DNA of 64,000 bases from an uncultured delta proteobacterium (GTDB lineage: Bacteria; Myxococcota; Myxococcia; Myxococcales; Anaeromyxobacteraceae), in NCBI GenBank assembly GCA_963828255.1, contig CAWHDZ010000017.1:128001-192000 (forward strand), given 5' to 3'. The translations under genes were made by a program, and so were the position numbers. This document shows positions 51,586-59,532 of the stretch, one piece after another (the stretch's first letter is position 1; every line of letters starts with the position of its first letter). The notes beneath the pieces are model-generated. The model saw nothing but the letters and a program-made list of their open reading frames with translations. It had not been told where the DNA came from and ran no database searches.

Positions 51586-53598
51586 TCACTCGCAGAAGGC
51601 CGCTCGTCCCACCGGTCGCACCTCGAGGTCGGGCGGCAACTCATCGTAGGCCAGCACCGCAAGCCCTGGAAATCGCTGCGCGACGAGTTCGCGAAGCGGC
51701 CTGCGGACGTCTCCCGGAGCGAGCAGGGCCCGCGCACGCGGCGCCGCCGCGAGCGCAGATTCCACGGATGCGAGCAGCGCCCGGACGCCGTCCGGTCCGG
51801 GCGACCGCGCGCCGCCGTGGATCGCGTCGCGGAAGGTGAGCTCTGCGGCAGGGTCGAGGAGCAGCGCCTCGAGCGCGCGCCCCCGCAGCAGCGGCTGTGC
51901 GATGTGGCGGCAGAGCGACCTCCGACAGGCGTCGCAGAGGGCCGGCGCCGCCGCCCCGGAAGGCGCCGCGAGCAGGGCCTCCAGGATGGGGCGCAAGGGG
52001 CGGATCGAGACCTCCTCCTCGAGGAGCCGTCGCAGCACCTCGGCTATCACCACGGGTGAAACATGCCGCGCCACCTCGCGGACCAGCGCCGGGGAGGAGG
52101 GCTCGAGCCCGTCGAGCAGGGCCTGCACCTCCTGGACGCCGAGGAGCAGGTGGGCCGCCCTGCGGAGCGCCGCGTGGGCCTCGGCGAGCGCCCGGTCGCC
52201 CGGGTCGAGCACCGGGCCGAGCGCCCCGGCGCGAACCGCGCTCTCCGACGCGACGACCGACGCCTCGGCCCCGGTGAGCGGGTGGCGCGCCTGCGCCGCC
52301 GGGATCCCGGCCAGTCGAAGCTCGTCCGCCGGCGCCAGGCAGAGCGACCAGCCGGCCGCCACCTGCCCCTTGGCGGCCGGGGCTCCGTCCACGAGGAGGC
52401 GCCAGGCTCCCGGGCCGGAGCGGCCCGCCCGGACGGTGATCCGGCCCGCCGGAACGCCCATGGAGGTCCAGAGGTCGCGCCGCAGCGCCGCCGCGGCCTC
52501 CCCGAGCCAGGCCGAGGTGACCTCCCGGCCGGCCAGGAGGTCGGGGGCGATCTCGACCGCGACCGCGTCGGCCGGCGCCAGGTCGCGCGTGCGGCTCCCC
52601 TCGACCGCCGGTGCGGCCCCGGCCTCGGGGCCGCGGCGCATGGCCCGGATCCCGGTCCACGAGAGCGCCGCGCCGAGGACCAGGAACGGGGCCGCCGGAA
52701 ACCCCGGCGCGAGCCCCAGGGCGGTGAGGAGTGCGCCGGCGGCGACGAGCGCGCGCGGTTCCGCCAGGAGCTCGCTCGCGACGCGGGAGGAGACGCTCCG
52801 CTCGTCGCCGGCCACCCGGGTGACCGCGATCCCAGCGGCGATGGCGAGGAGGAGGGAGGGGACCTGCGAGGCCAGGCCGTCCCCGACGGCGAGAAGCAGG
52901 TAGCGGCGCGCCGCGGCGCCGGCCGTCATGCCCTTCACGAGGCCGGCCACGAGCCCCCCCACCGCGTTCACGAGCGCAATGGCGATGCCCGCCACCGCGT
53001 CCCCCTTCACGAACTTGAGCGCGCCGTCCATCGCGCCGTGAAGCTGGCTCTCCCGCTCCAGCTCCCGGCGTCGCCGGCCGGCCTCGGCGCCGTCGATGGC
53101 CCCGGCGCGCAGCTCGGCGTCGATGGCCATCTGCTTGCCGGGCAGGGCGTCGAGGGTGAAGCGCGCCGCCACCTCGGCCACCCGTTCCGCCCCCCTGGAG
53201 ACCACGAGGAGCTGGACCAGCGCCAGGATGGCGTAGACCACCGCCCCGGCCACCCAGCTGCCCTGCATCACCACGCGGCCCAGGGCCTCGATGACCCGGC
53301 CGGCCTCGCCCCGGGACAGGACGAGCCGCGTGGAGGCCACCGCCACCGAGAGCCGCAGGAGCGTGGTGAGCAGGAGGATCGCCGGGAAGGCGGAGAGGCG
53401 CATGGCGTCGGGGGCGAGCAGCGTGGCGAGGAGCACGACGGCCGAGATCCCCAGGCTCGCCGCGACGAGGGCGTCGACCACCGACGGGCCCACCGGCACG
53501 AAGAGCAGCCCCACCAGCGCCACCACGGCGAGCCCCGGCGCGAGTTCGGCCGCCGAGGTGAGCCGGGCCCACCCCCGCCCGGCGTCGCCGGCGCTCAC
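51586..53598 (-). CDS. sctV: Type III export gate protein SctV/FlhA
   Basis: 'ERVAEVAARFTLDALPGKQMAIDAEL', 'GAMDGALKFVKGDA', 'VGDGLASQVP'; GTG start. Confidence 0.92.
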   Translation of the reverse strand: MSAGDAGRGWARLTSAAELAPGLAVVALVGLLFVPVGPSVVDALVAASLGISAVVLLATLLAPDAMRLSAFPAILLLTTLLRLSVAVASTRLVLSRGEAGRVIEALGRVVMQGSWVAGAVVYAILALVQLLVVSRGAERVAEVAARFTLDALPGKQMAIDAELRAGAIDGAEAGRRRRELERESQLHGAMDGALKFVKGDAVAGIAIALVNAVGGLVAGLVKGMTAGAAARRYLLLAVGDGLASQVPSLLLAIAAGIAVTRVAGDERSVSSRVASELLAEPRALVAAGALLTALGLAPGFPAAPFLVLGAALSWTGIRAMRRGPEAGAAPAVEGSRTRDLAPADAVAVEIAPDLLAGREVTSAWLGEAAAALRRDLWTSMGVPAGRITVRAGRSGPGAWRLLVDGAPAAKGQVAAGWSLCLAPADELRLAGIPAAQARHPLTGAEASVVASESAVRAGALGPVLDPGDRALAEAHAALRRAAHLLLGVQEVQALLDGLEPSSPALVREVARHVSPVVIAEVLRRLLEEEVSIRPLRPILEALLAAPSGAAAPALCDACRRSLCRHIAQPLLRGRALEALLLDPAAELTFRDAIHGGARSPGPDGVRALLASVESALAAAPRARALLAPGDVRRPLRELVAQRFPGLAVLAYDELPPDLEVRPVGRAAFCE

Positions 53599-54629
53599 GT
53601 CCGATCTCCGGACTGGAGCCCGTGGACGTGGGCCAGGACCGCCGCCGTGGCCTCGTAGAGCTCCTCCGGGATGGCCTCCCCGACGTCGGCCAGCCGGAAG
53701 AGGGCCCGCGCAAGGGCCCGGTCCTGGACCACCGGGATGCCCATCCGCCGGGCCTCGCGGCGCAGCGCCACCGCCCGGGCGCCCGAGCCCTTTCCGAGGA
53801 CCACCGGTGGGTCGTCCCCACCGCGGCGGTGCGCCAGCGCGACGGCGAGCCGCGTGGGGTTCACCACCAGGCAAGTGGGCCGTCCCGGCGCGCCGGCCAG
53901 GGAGGCGTGGAGGCGCCGGCGCTCGGAGCGGTGGCGTGGGTCCCCCTCGTCCTCGCGCTGGTCGCGCTCCAGCTCCGGCCGGGTCATGCGCAGGCCCCGG
54001 AGGTGGCGGCGCCGCCGCAGGAGGAGGTCGGCGAGGCCGGCAGCGGCGAGGAGCGCCAGGATCGGGGGGAGCGTGGAGCCGACGGCCCAGGCGGCCTCGG
54101 CCCATGCCGCCCCGGGACGCATCCGCGGCACCTGCGACAGGAGCGGGACCCGGTCGGCGAGGAGCCGCACCCCAAGCGCGACGGCAGACCCGGCGACGAG
54201 GAAGGCGAAGGCCGCCTGTCCCGGGCCAGCGGAGGAGAGGAGGCGCCGCATCCCCGCGCCCGGATCGACGCGGTCCCAGCGCGGGCGAAGCGCGTCCGGC
54301 GCGAGGAGGCCGCCGGTCTGGACCACGCCGGCGATCATGGCCCCCGCGCAGGCCGCCAGGGCCGGTGGCGCGCAGAGGCGCGCCACCCGCAGGAGTGCGG
54401 CCAGCGCGAGCTCCGGCGGGACGGCCTCCGTCCCCGAGACGGCCGCCGAGAGCGCCGCCCGGAGCGCCGCCGCCTCGTCCGGGACCAGGGAAGGAGAGAG
54501 CACCGCGAGGGCGACGAGGCCCAGCGTGGTCGCGCCGAGCCCCACCAGCGCCCGGCTCACCGGGACCTCGCCTCGCCGGCGGGCCTCCCGGAGCCGGCGG
54601 GGAGAGGGAGGAAGGGATCGGCCGCTCAA
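53595..54629 (-). CDS. sctU: Type III export switch protein SctU/FlhB (NPTR in place of NPTH)
   Basis: 'PSPRRLREARRRGEV', 'LRMTRPELERDQREDEGDP', 'VVNPTRLAVAL', 'LARALF...IPEELY'; TTG start. Confidence 0.85.
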   Translation of the reverse strand: MSGRSLPPSPRRLREARRRGEVPVSRALVGLGATTLGLVALAVLSPSLVPDEAAALRAALSAAVSGTEAVPPELALAALLRVARLCAPPALAACAGAMIAGVVQTGGLLAPDALRPRWDRVDPGAGMRRLLSSAGPGQAAFAFLVAGSAVALGVRLLADRVPLLSQVPRMRPGAAWAEAAWAVGSTLPPILALLAAAGLADLLLRRRRHLRGLRMTRPELERDQREDEGDPRHRSERRRLHASLAGAPGRPTCLVVNPTRLAVALAHRRGGDDPPVVLGKGSGARAVALRREARRMGIPVVQDRALARALFRLADVGEAIPEELYEATAAVLAHVHGLQSGDRT

Positions 54630-55420
54630 GGCGCTCCCCTCGCCATCCGCTCCACCATGCCCCCGGCGAGCGCGGCCAGCTCCACCAGACGCCCCCCGAT
54701 GGCGGCCGCGGGAAGGGCCACGGCGGCGAGGCCGAGCGCGGCGCGGACCGGCGGCGCCGCGTCGAGCAGCGACGAGCGGGGCGCGAGGCGGGAGGAGGCG
54801 GAGAGCGCCAGGTCGGCGCAGAGCAGCGCCGCCGCCGCGGGCGCCCCCAGGCAGAGGGCGGCCGAGAGCAGGTCGGCGGCGGCCGAGGCCGCGGCCTCGA
54901 GGCGCAGGAGGCCGGGCAGCGCACCTCCCACCGGCACGGTGCGGAAGGTGTCGAGCAGCGCCGCCACCAGCAGGCGATCGGCCCCGGCCCAGGCCCCGAG
55001 CGCGACCGTCCACTGCGCGAGAAGGTCGCCCACCGCGGTCTCCCGCTGCCGGATCAGGGGCACGTGGAGTTCACCCAGGGTCGCGCCGCGGAGCGTGTCG
55101 ACGAGCCGGCCGGCGCCCCGGGCCGCCTCGACCGGGAGGCTCGCCGCGAAGGCCAGCGCCGCGCCGAGCGCGAGCTCCGATGCCGCCACCGCGAGGAACG
55201 GCGCCCCGGGAGGGCTCCCGGCGCCCGTCGCAGACCGCACCGCCGCCCCGAGCGCGAGGGCCAGCCCGGCCCGGGCCACGGGCGGCAGGAGCGGCCCTCC
55301 CAGGAACGGGGAGAGCGCCACCACGGGCAGGAGGCGCAAGGAGCACGCTCCCACGTCGAGCGCGACACCGGCCACGGCCGGCAGGAGCGCGAGCGCGGCC
55401 GGTCCGGCGTCGTCGATCAC
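54626..55420 (-). CDS. sctT: Type III export protein SctT/FliR
   Basis: Hydrophobic 264 aa; 'ELALG...AGRLVDTLRG', 'DLAL...RLAP'. Confidence 0.8.
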   Translation of the reverse strand: MIDDAGPAALALLPAVAGVALDVGACSLRLLPVVALSPFLGGPLLPPVARAGLALALGAAVRSATGAGSPPGAPFLAVAASELALGAALAFAASLPVEAARGAGRLVDTLRGATLGELHVPLIRQRETAVGDLLAQWTVALGAWAGADRLLVAALLDTFRTVPVGGALPGLLRLEAAASAAADLLSAALCLGAPAAAALLCADLALSASSRLAPRSSLLDAAPPVRAALGLAAVALPAAAIGGRLVELAALAGGMVERMARGAP

Positions 55421-55683
55421 GGCGCCGCCCGGAGCGAGGCCTCGATGCAGGCCTGGCCGAACCTGACCACCCGCGCGGCGGTCCAGGGCGCGGCGAGCCC
55501 GACCACAGTGAGGACGGCCACGAGCCGCGGGACGGCGCCGAGCGCGTGGTCCTGGATCTGGGTGACGGCCTGCAGCGCCCCGGTGAGGAGGCCTGCCACG
55601 AGCGCGGCGGCCAGCGCCGGAGCCGACACGGCCAGCGCGACCAGCAACGCCTCCCTGCCCGCGACGAGGATGGTCGGGTCCAC
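55417..55683 (-). CDS. sctS: Type III export protein SctS/FliQ
   Basis: 'LQAVTQIQDHALGAVPRL', 88 aa. Confidence 0.88.
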   Translation of the reverse strand: MDPTILVAGREALLVALAVSAPALAAALVAGLLTGALQAVTQIQDHALGAVPRLVAVLTVVGLAAPWTAARVVRFGQACIEASLRAAP

Positions 55684-55690
55684 GCGGTCC

Positions 55691-56368
55691 TCAGGGGAGG
55701 TAGCCGGAGGCCAGGCCCCGGGTGACGATCCCGAAGCCGTCCACGGCCACGACGAGCAGGAGCTTGAAGGGTACGGCCACCGCCGACGGCGAGACCTGGG
55801 TGAGGCCGAGCGAGAGGAGCACGCTCGCCACGGCGAGGTCCACGACGAGGAAGGGGAGGAAGATCAGGAAGCCGACGGTGAAGGCGCGCCGCAGCTCCGA
55901 GACCACGAAGGCCGGGGCGAGCACGCCGAAGCCGTCGTCGTCCCCGTCGGCCCGGGGCGGGGGGGCCCCGCGGGCCCTGGCCGCGAGCAGGGCGAAGGCG
56001 CGACGGTCGCCCGGAGCGGCGAAGCGGGCCAGGAAGGCGCGCAGGGGCTCGGCGGCGCGCGCCCCGGCGGCGAGCGTCTCCTCCGGTCCGCGCGGTGCGG
56101 GGGGCTCCTGCCAGCGCGCCCAGGAGGCCGCGGCGACCGGCTGCATGACGAGCAGGGTGACGAGCAGTGCCAGCCCGGTGACGGCGGCGTTGGGCGGCAC
56201 TTGCGGCACCCCCAGCGCCGAGCGCAGGACCGAGAGGACCACCACCACCTTGAGGAAGCAGGTGAGCGTGACGAGCGCCAGCGGGGCCAGCGCCATGGCG
56301 CCGAGGAGGACCAGGAGCTCGAGCGGCCGCTCGCCGGGGAGCACCTGGGCCAGGGCCGGGGCGATCAC
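55691..56368 (-). CDS. sctR: Type III export protein SctR/FliP
   Basis: 'LRSALGVPQVPPN', 'PAFVVSELRRAF', 'LPFLVVDL', 'PFKLLL...DG'. Confidence 0.9.
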   Translation of the reverse strand: MIAPALAQVLPGERPLELLVLLGAMALAPLALVTLTCFLKVVVVLSVLRSALGVPQVPPNAAVTGLALLVTLLVMQPVAAASWARWQEPPAPRGPEETLAAGARAAEPLRAFLARFAAPGDRRAFALLAARARGAPPPRADGDDDGFGVLAPAFVVSELRRAFTVGFLIFLPFLVVDLAVASVLLSLGLTQVSPSAVAVPFKLLLVVAVDGFGIVTRGLASGYLP

Positions 56369-56607
56369 GGGGTGCGCTCCATCCGGACGCGGGCGACCAG
56401 GCGGACCCCGTCCCGCCCCCACCCGACGAGGAGGACCTCCCCCCGGGCGCGCACCAGCGCCACGCCCGCGTCCCGGGCGAGCAGCGCCCGGTCCTCGATC
56501 TCGAGGTCGCGCGGCGACGGGCGCCGGCCGAGGCGGCGTCGCGCCAGCACCGCGCCGGCGGCGAGGAGCGCCACGACGGCCGCTGCGGCCACCGCGGAGG
56601 CGGTCAC
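56365..56607 (-). CDS. Small FliO-like membrane protein
   Basis: TM followed by 'LEIEDRALL...VALVRARGEVLLVG'; position just upstream of fliP/sctR. Confidence 0.6.
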   Translation of the reverse strand: MTASAVAAAAVVALLAAGAVLARRRLGRRPSPRDLEIEDRALLARDAGVALVRARGEVLLVGWGRDGVRLVARVRMERTP

Positions 56608-57845
56608 GGCCCCACCAGGAGCGAGGTGATCCGCACGCCCACCGCGCCGTCCACCTCGACCAGCTCGCCGCGGGCCACGCCGCGATCGCCGATGCGCAGC
56701 GTGACCTGGCCGCTCCGGTCGAGCCCGAGGGGCAGGACCGCCCCGGGAGCGATCCGGGCCAGGTCCCGGAGCGGCACCGCCACCGAGGCCAGCTCCACCT
56801 CGAGCAGCACCGGCGCGCCGCCGGCCCCGCCGGGACCCGGCACGTGCACCTCATTCACCTCCAGTGAATCCCCGGCCACCCGCCCACGCGCGGCCAGGCC
56901 GCCCGGGAACCGGATCGCAGTGGACTCCCCGGGGGGGCCCTCGAGGAGGAGCACGTCCCCCTCGCGCAGGGCCTCGACCTCCCCGGGGTCGAGCTCCGTC
57001 CGGCCGCTCCGGACCGAGCCCCGGACCAGGACGTCCCGCAGGGGCAGGGGAACCCCGCCGTCCCGGGGAAGGGTGCGCAGCGCGGCCTCGGGGAGGAACA
57101 GGAAGGCGCGCCCCTTCGCTCCCGCCGCGGAAACGGTGAGCTCGATGCAGACGGGGCGCAGCGGCGCCCCCGCGCGCAGCGCCAGGCGCGGCGCCAGCGG
57201 CCCCTCGATCTCCGTCTCGGCGGCGAGTGCGTCGAGCGCGCCCAGGACGGCGAGCTCCACCACCGCGCGCTCCGCCGCCCCGAGCGACCCGGAAGTCCCG
57301 GAGCGCCCGGTCCCGCCCGCCACGCGCCCGGCCAGCCGGGCCGCGAAGCCGCGGTCCACGGCGAGGGAGGCGACCCCGGCCAGGGCCGTCAGCTCGATGG
57401 GGACGAGCGCGGCCCCTGCCGGCTCGGGGAGCCCGGGGAGGATGCGCCCGTGCAAGCTGGCCTCGCCGCCCAGCACGGAGGAGAGCCCGCGGGCGGCGGC
57501 GCGGGCGGCGCGCTCGCCCAGGTCGAGGAGCGAGGCGTCCAGCAGGGCGAGCGCCGGCGCGACGGGGGGGAGGTCGAAGGGGAGCACGTCTCCCGGCTCG
57601 AGCACGTGCCATGCCGGGGCCCCCTCGGCCCCGTCCCTCGCTCCGCACGTCCCGGGCCCGTCCGCTTCGCGCTCCGGCGGCCGAAGCGCGGACGCGAGCG
57701 CCGCCAGCCGGTCGGCGCGTGGTGCGGCGAGGAGCGCGCGGATCCTCTCCGGATCGACCCCGGGATGGCGTCCCAGGAGCGCCGCGGCCCGCGCAGGTGC
57801 GAGCGCGGCGGCGAGCACGACGAGCCCCCGGGCATCGGGGTTCAC
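56604..57845 (-). CDS. sctQ: SctQ/FliM-FliN family C-ring protein (SPOA domains)
   Basis: C-terminal 'LEVELASV...GAVLPL...VARGELVEVDGAVGVRI' plus an upstream SPOA 'LREGDVLLL'. Confidence 0.8.
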   Translation of the reverse strand: MNPDARGLVVLAAALAPARAAALLGRHPGVDPERIRALLAAPRADRLAALASALRPPEREADGPGTCGARDGAEGAPAWHVLEPGDVLPFDLPPVAPALALLDASLLDLGERAARAAARGLSSVLGGEASLHGRILPGLPEPAGAALVPIELTALAGVASLAVDRGFAARLAGRVAGGTGRSGTSGSLGAAERAVVELAVLGALDALAAETEIEGPLAPRLALRAGAPLRPVCIELTVSAAGAKGRAFLFLPEAALRTLPRDGGVPLPLRDVLVRGSVRSGRTELDPGEVEALREGDVLLLEGPPGESTAIRFPGGLAARGRVAGDSLEVNEVHVPGPGGAGGAPVLLEVELASVAVPLRDLARIAPGAVLPLGLDRSGQVTLRIGDRGVARGELVEVDGAVGVRITSLLVGP

Positions 57846-58561
57846 GGTCCGTCCGTCCTGCGCCGCCCCAGCACCAGGGCGAAGGCGCCCAGCACCGCCG
57901 CGAACGCGAGCATGGAGCCGGCCAGCCAGCCTCGCGAGACCCTCGGCTCCGCAGTCCGGGGAGCGGGGGAAGGCGCCGCCTCGCTCACCAGCACCGACAC
58001 CGACGCAGGGTCGAGCCCCTCCGCCGCGCCGGCCACCATGCGGCGAAGCCCGTCGGACTGGGATTCCAGCCTTCCGCGCGCGTCGGGGCGGCACTTCACC
58101 AGGATCGATGCGCGCGGCGTCCGGCGCGCGTCCGGGCGGAGCGGGTCGGGAGGCGGCAGGGCCAGGTGGACGCGCGCCCCCAGGACGCCGTCGAGCGACT
58201 CGAGCGTCCGGGCCAGCTCGCCGGAGAGCGCGTGCAGGTACCGGGCCTGCTCCTCGAAGGGGGTGGGGACGAGACCGACGCTCCCGAAGAGCTCCGTGAA
58301 GCCCGGCGACCGCGGGCGCGGAAGGTCTCGCGCCGAGAGGACGCTGCGCGCCGCCGCCGCCTCGGACGGGCGCACCGCGACGGTGAAGGTCCCTTCCTCT
58401 CCCCCGTCCCGCTCCTTCCGTGCCGGGAGCCCGGCCTCGCCGAGTGCGACGAGGACCTGGTTCGCCTGTGGCTCGTCGAGCCGGTGCAGGAGCACCTCGT
58501 CGCCGCAGGCGGCCAGGACGGGGAGCAGCGCGAGCGGCAGGAAGGGGCGGGGCACGGTCAC
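57842..58561 (-). CDS. sctJ: SctJ/EscJ family inner-membrane ring lipoprotein
   Basis: Lipobox LAAC, 'LDEPQANQVLVAL', 'LVPTPFEEQARY', 'ELARTLESLDGVLGARVHL', C-terminal TM. Confidence 0.9.
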   Translation of the reverse strand: MTVPRPFLPLALLPVLAACGDEVLLHRLDEPQANQVLVALGEAGLPARKERDGGEEGTFTVAVRPSEAAAARSVLSARDLPRPRSPGFTELFGSVGLVPTPFEEQARYLHALSGELARTLESLDGVLGARVHLALPPPDPLRPDARRTPRASILVKCRPDARGRLESQSDGLRRMVAGAAEGLDPASVSVLVSEAAPSPAPRTAEPRVSRGWLAGSMLAFAAVLGAFALVLGRRRTDGP

Positions 58562-58941
58562 ACCTGGGCGTTCAGCGCCTGGCGCATCCCCTGGACTCCG
58601 TGCTCGACGGCCCGGGCGGCGAACTCGACCGTCTGTGCGAAGCGGTGCGCGTCGGCCTGGAGGCAGAGCAGTTCCTGGGGGCTGAAGGTGCGCCCGCGGC
58701 GGGCCTCCGAAAGCATCCCGTCGAGCCGGGCCCGGACCCCCTCGATGTCGCGCAGCGCCCCCGGCAGCGCCGGCGCGGGGGACGCCTCCTGGGCGGCGCG
58801 GGACGGGCCGGGCGCGGGAGCGCCTGCCGCGGGGATCGACGGGCCGGGCTCGAACATGCGCCGGAGCACGGCCACGGGAGGCCGGACCGCGGCCGGCGGC
58901 GCGGTGAGGTCCACGACGCGGATGGGGGCGGGGGAGTTCAC
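58558..58941 (-). CDS. Hypothetical protein, putative SctI (inner rod)-like
   Basis: GTGA overlaps at both ends; C-terminal 'SPQELLCLQ...VEFAARAVEHGVQGMRQAL'; lies immediately before sctJ. Confidence 0.55.
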   Translation of the reverse strand: MNSPAPIRVVDLTAPPAAVRPPVAVLRRMFEPGPSIPAAGAPAPGPSRAAQEASPAPALPGALRDIEGVRARLDGMLSEARRGRTFSPQELLCLQADAHRFAQTVEFAARAVEHGVQGMRQALNAQV

Positions 58942-59396
58942 TGGACGTTCTGGATGGCGGCGCGTGCGGCGTCGTGACGGACCTTCATGATGTTGGACAC
59001 CGCAGTGAACTCCCGGGTCTCCCGCTGCATCCTTTCCTGAAGCTCGAGGTAGCGGAGGTTGAAGCTCTGCCCCTCCGCCTGGAGCGCCCGCGCGGCCTCG
59101 AACCCGTCGGCTCCGCCCGCCGACGCCGAGGCGAGCGTGGTCGCCCCGGACAGCCCGGACGTTCCGGACGTTCCGGACGAGGCCGGGCGCGCCGCCCCGG
59201 CGGCGGCCTGTGCCACGCCGCGGACCGCGCCGGCGAGCACCATCCCGGCGGGGGCGAGGGGGGCGAGGATTCCCGCCGCGGCGGCCAGCCCCTCCGCGGC
59301 GCCGGCGGCGGCCGCGCGCAGCGTGGCTCCGAAGGAGGAAGGGGCGGTCTTGCGATCCGCGGTGGGTGCGACGATGACCGAGGTGATGGGTTCCAT
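58938..59396 (-). CDS. Hypothetical protein, putative SctF (needle subunit)-like C-terminus
   Basis: GGAGG RBS; C-terminal 'LQERMQRETREFTAVSNIMKVRHDAARAAIQNVQ'; first gene of the cluster. Confidence 0.55.
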   Translation of the reverse strand: MEPITSVIVAPTADRKTAPSSFGATLRAAAAGAAEGLAAAAGILAPLAPAGMVLAGAVRGVAQAAAGAARPASSGTSGTSGLSGATTLASASAGGADGFEAARALQAEGQSFNLRYLELQERMQRETREFTAVSNIMKVRHDAARAAIQNVQ

Positions 59397-59423
59397 GTGG
59401 ACGACCTCCGGTCCGGTCCGGAG

Positions 59424-59439
59424 AGCACGCGACGTGCCG
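59424..59439 (-). promoter_or_regulatory. Putative sigma-54 promoter of the type III cluster
   Basis: Minus strand CGGCACGTCGCGTGCT (GG-N10-GC with GGCACG core), 28 nt upstream of ATG 59396. Confidence 0.65.
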
Positions 59440-59532
59440 CCCCGGACACCCGGTCCGGCTGGGGCTCGACGGCCGTCGTCCGCCCGTCCCGCGGACCGCG
59501 GTCCGCCCCGCGCACCGTGCTAGCCTTCCCGC

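Noticed and set aside
51586..59396. Flagellar biosynthesis operon or pseudogene cluster
   Set aside because: The ring protein is a short lipoprotein of SctJ type rather than FliF, no rod/hook/flagellin genes are present, and all frames are intact and coupled.
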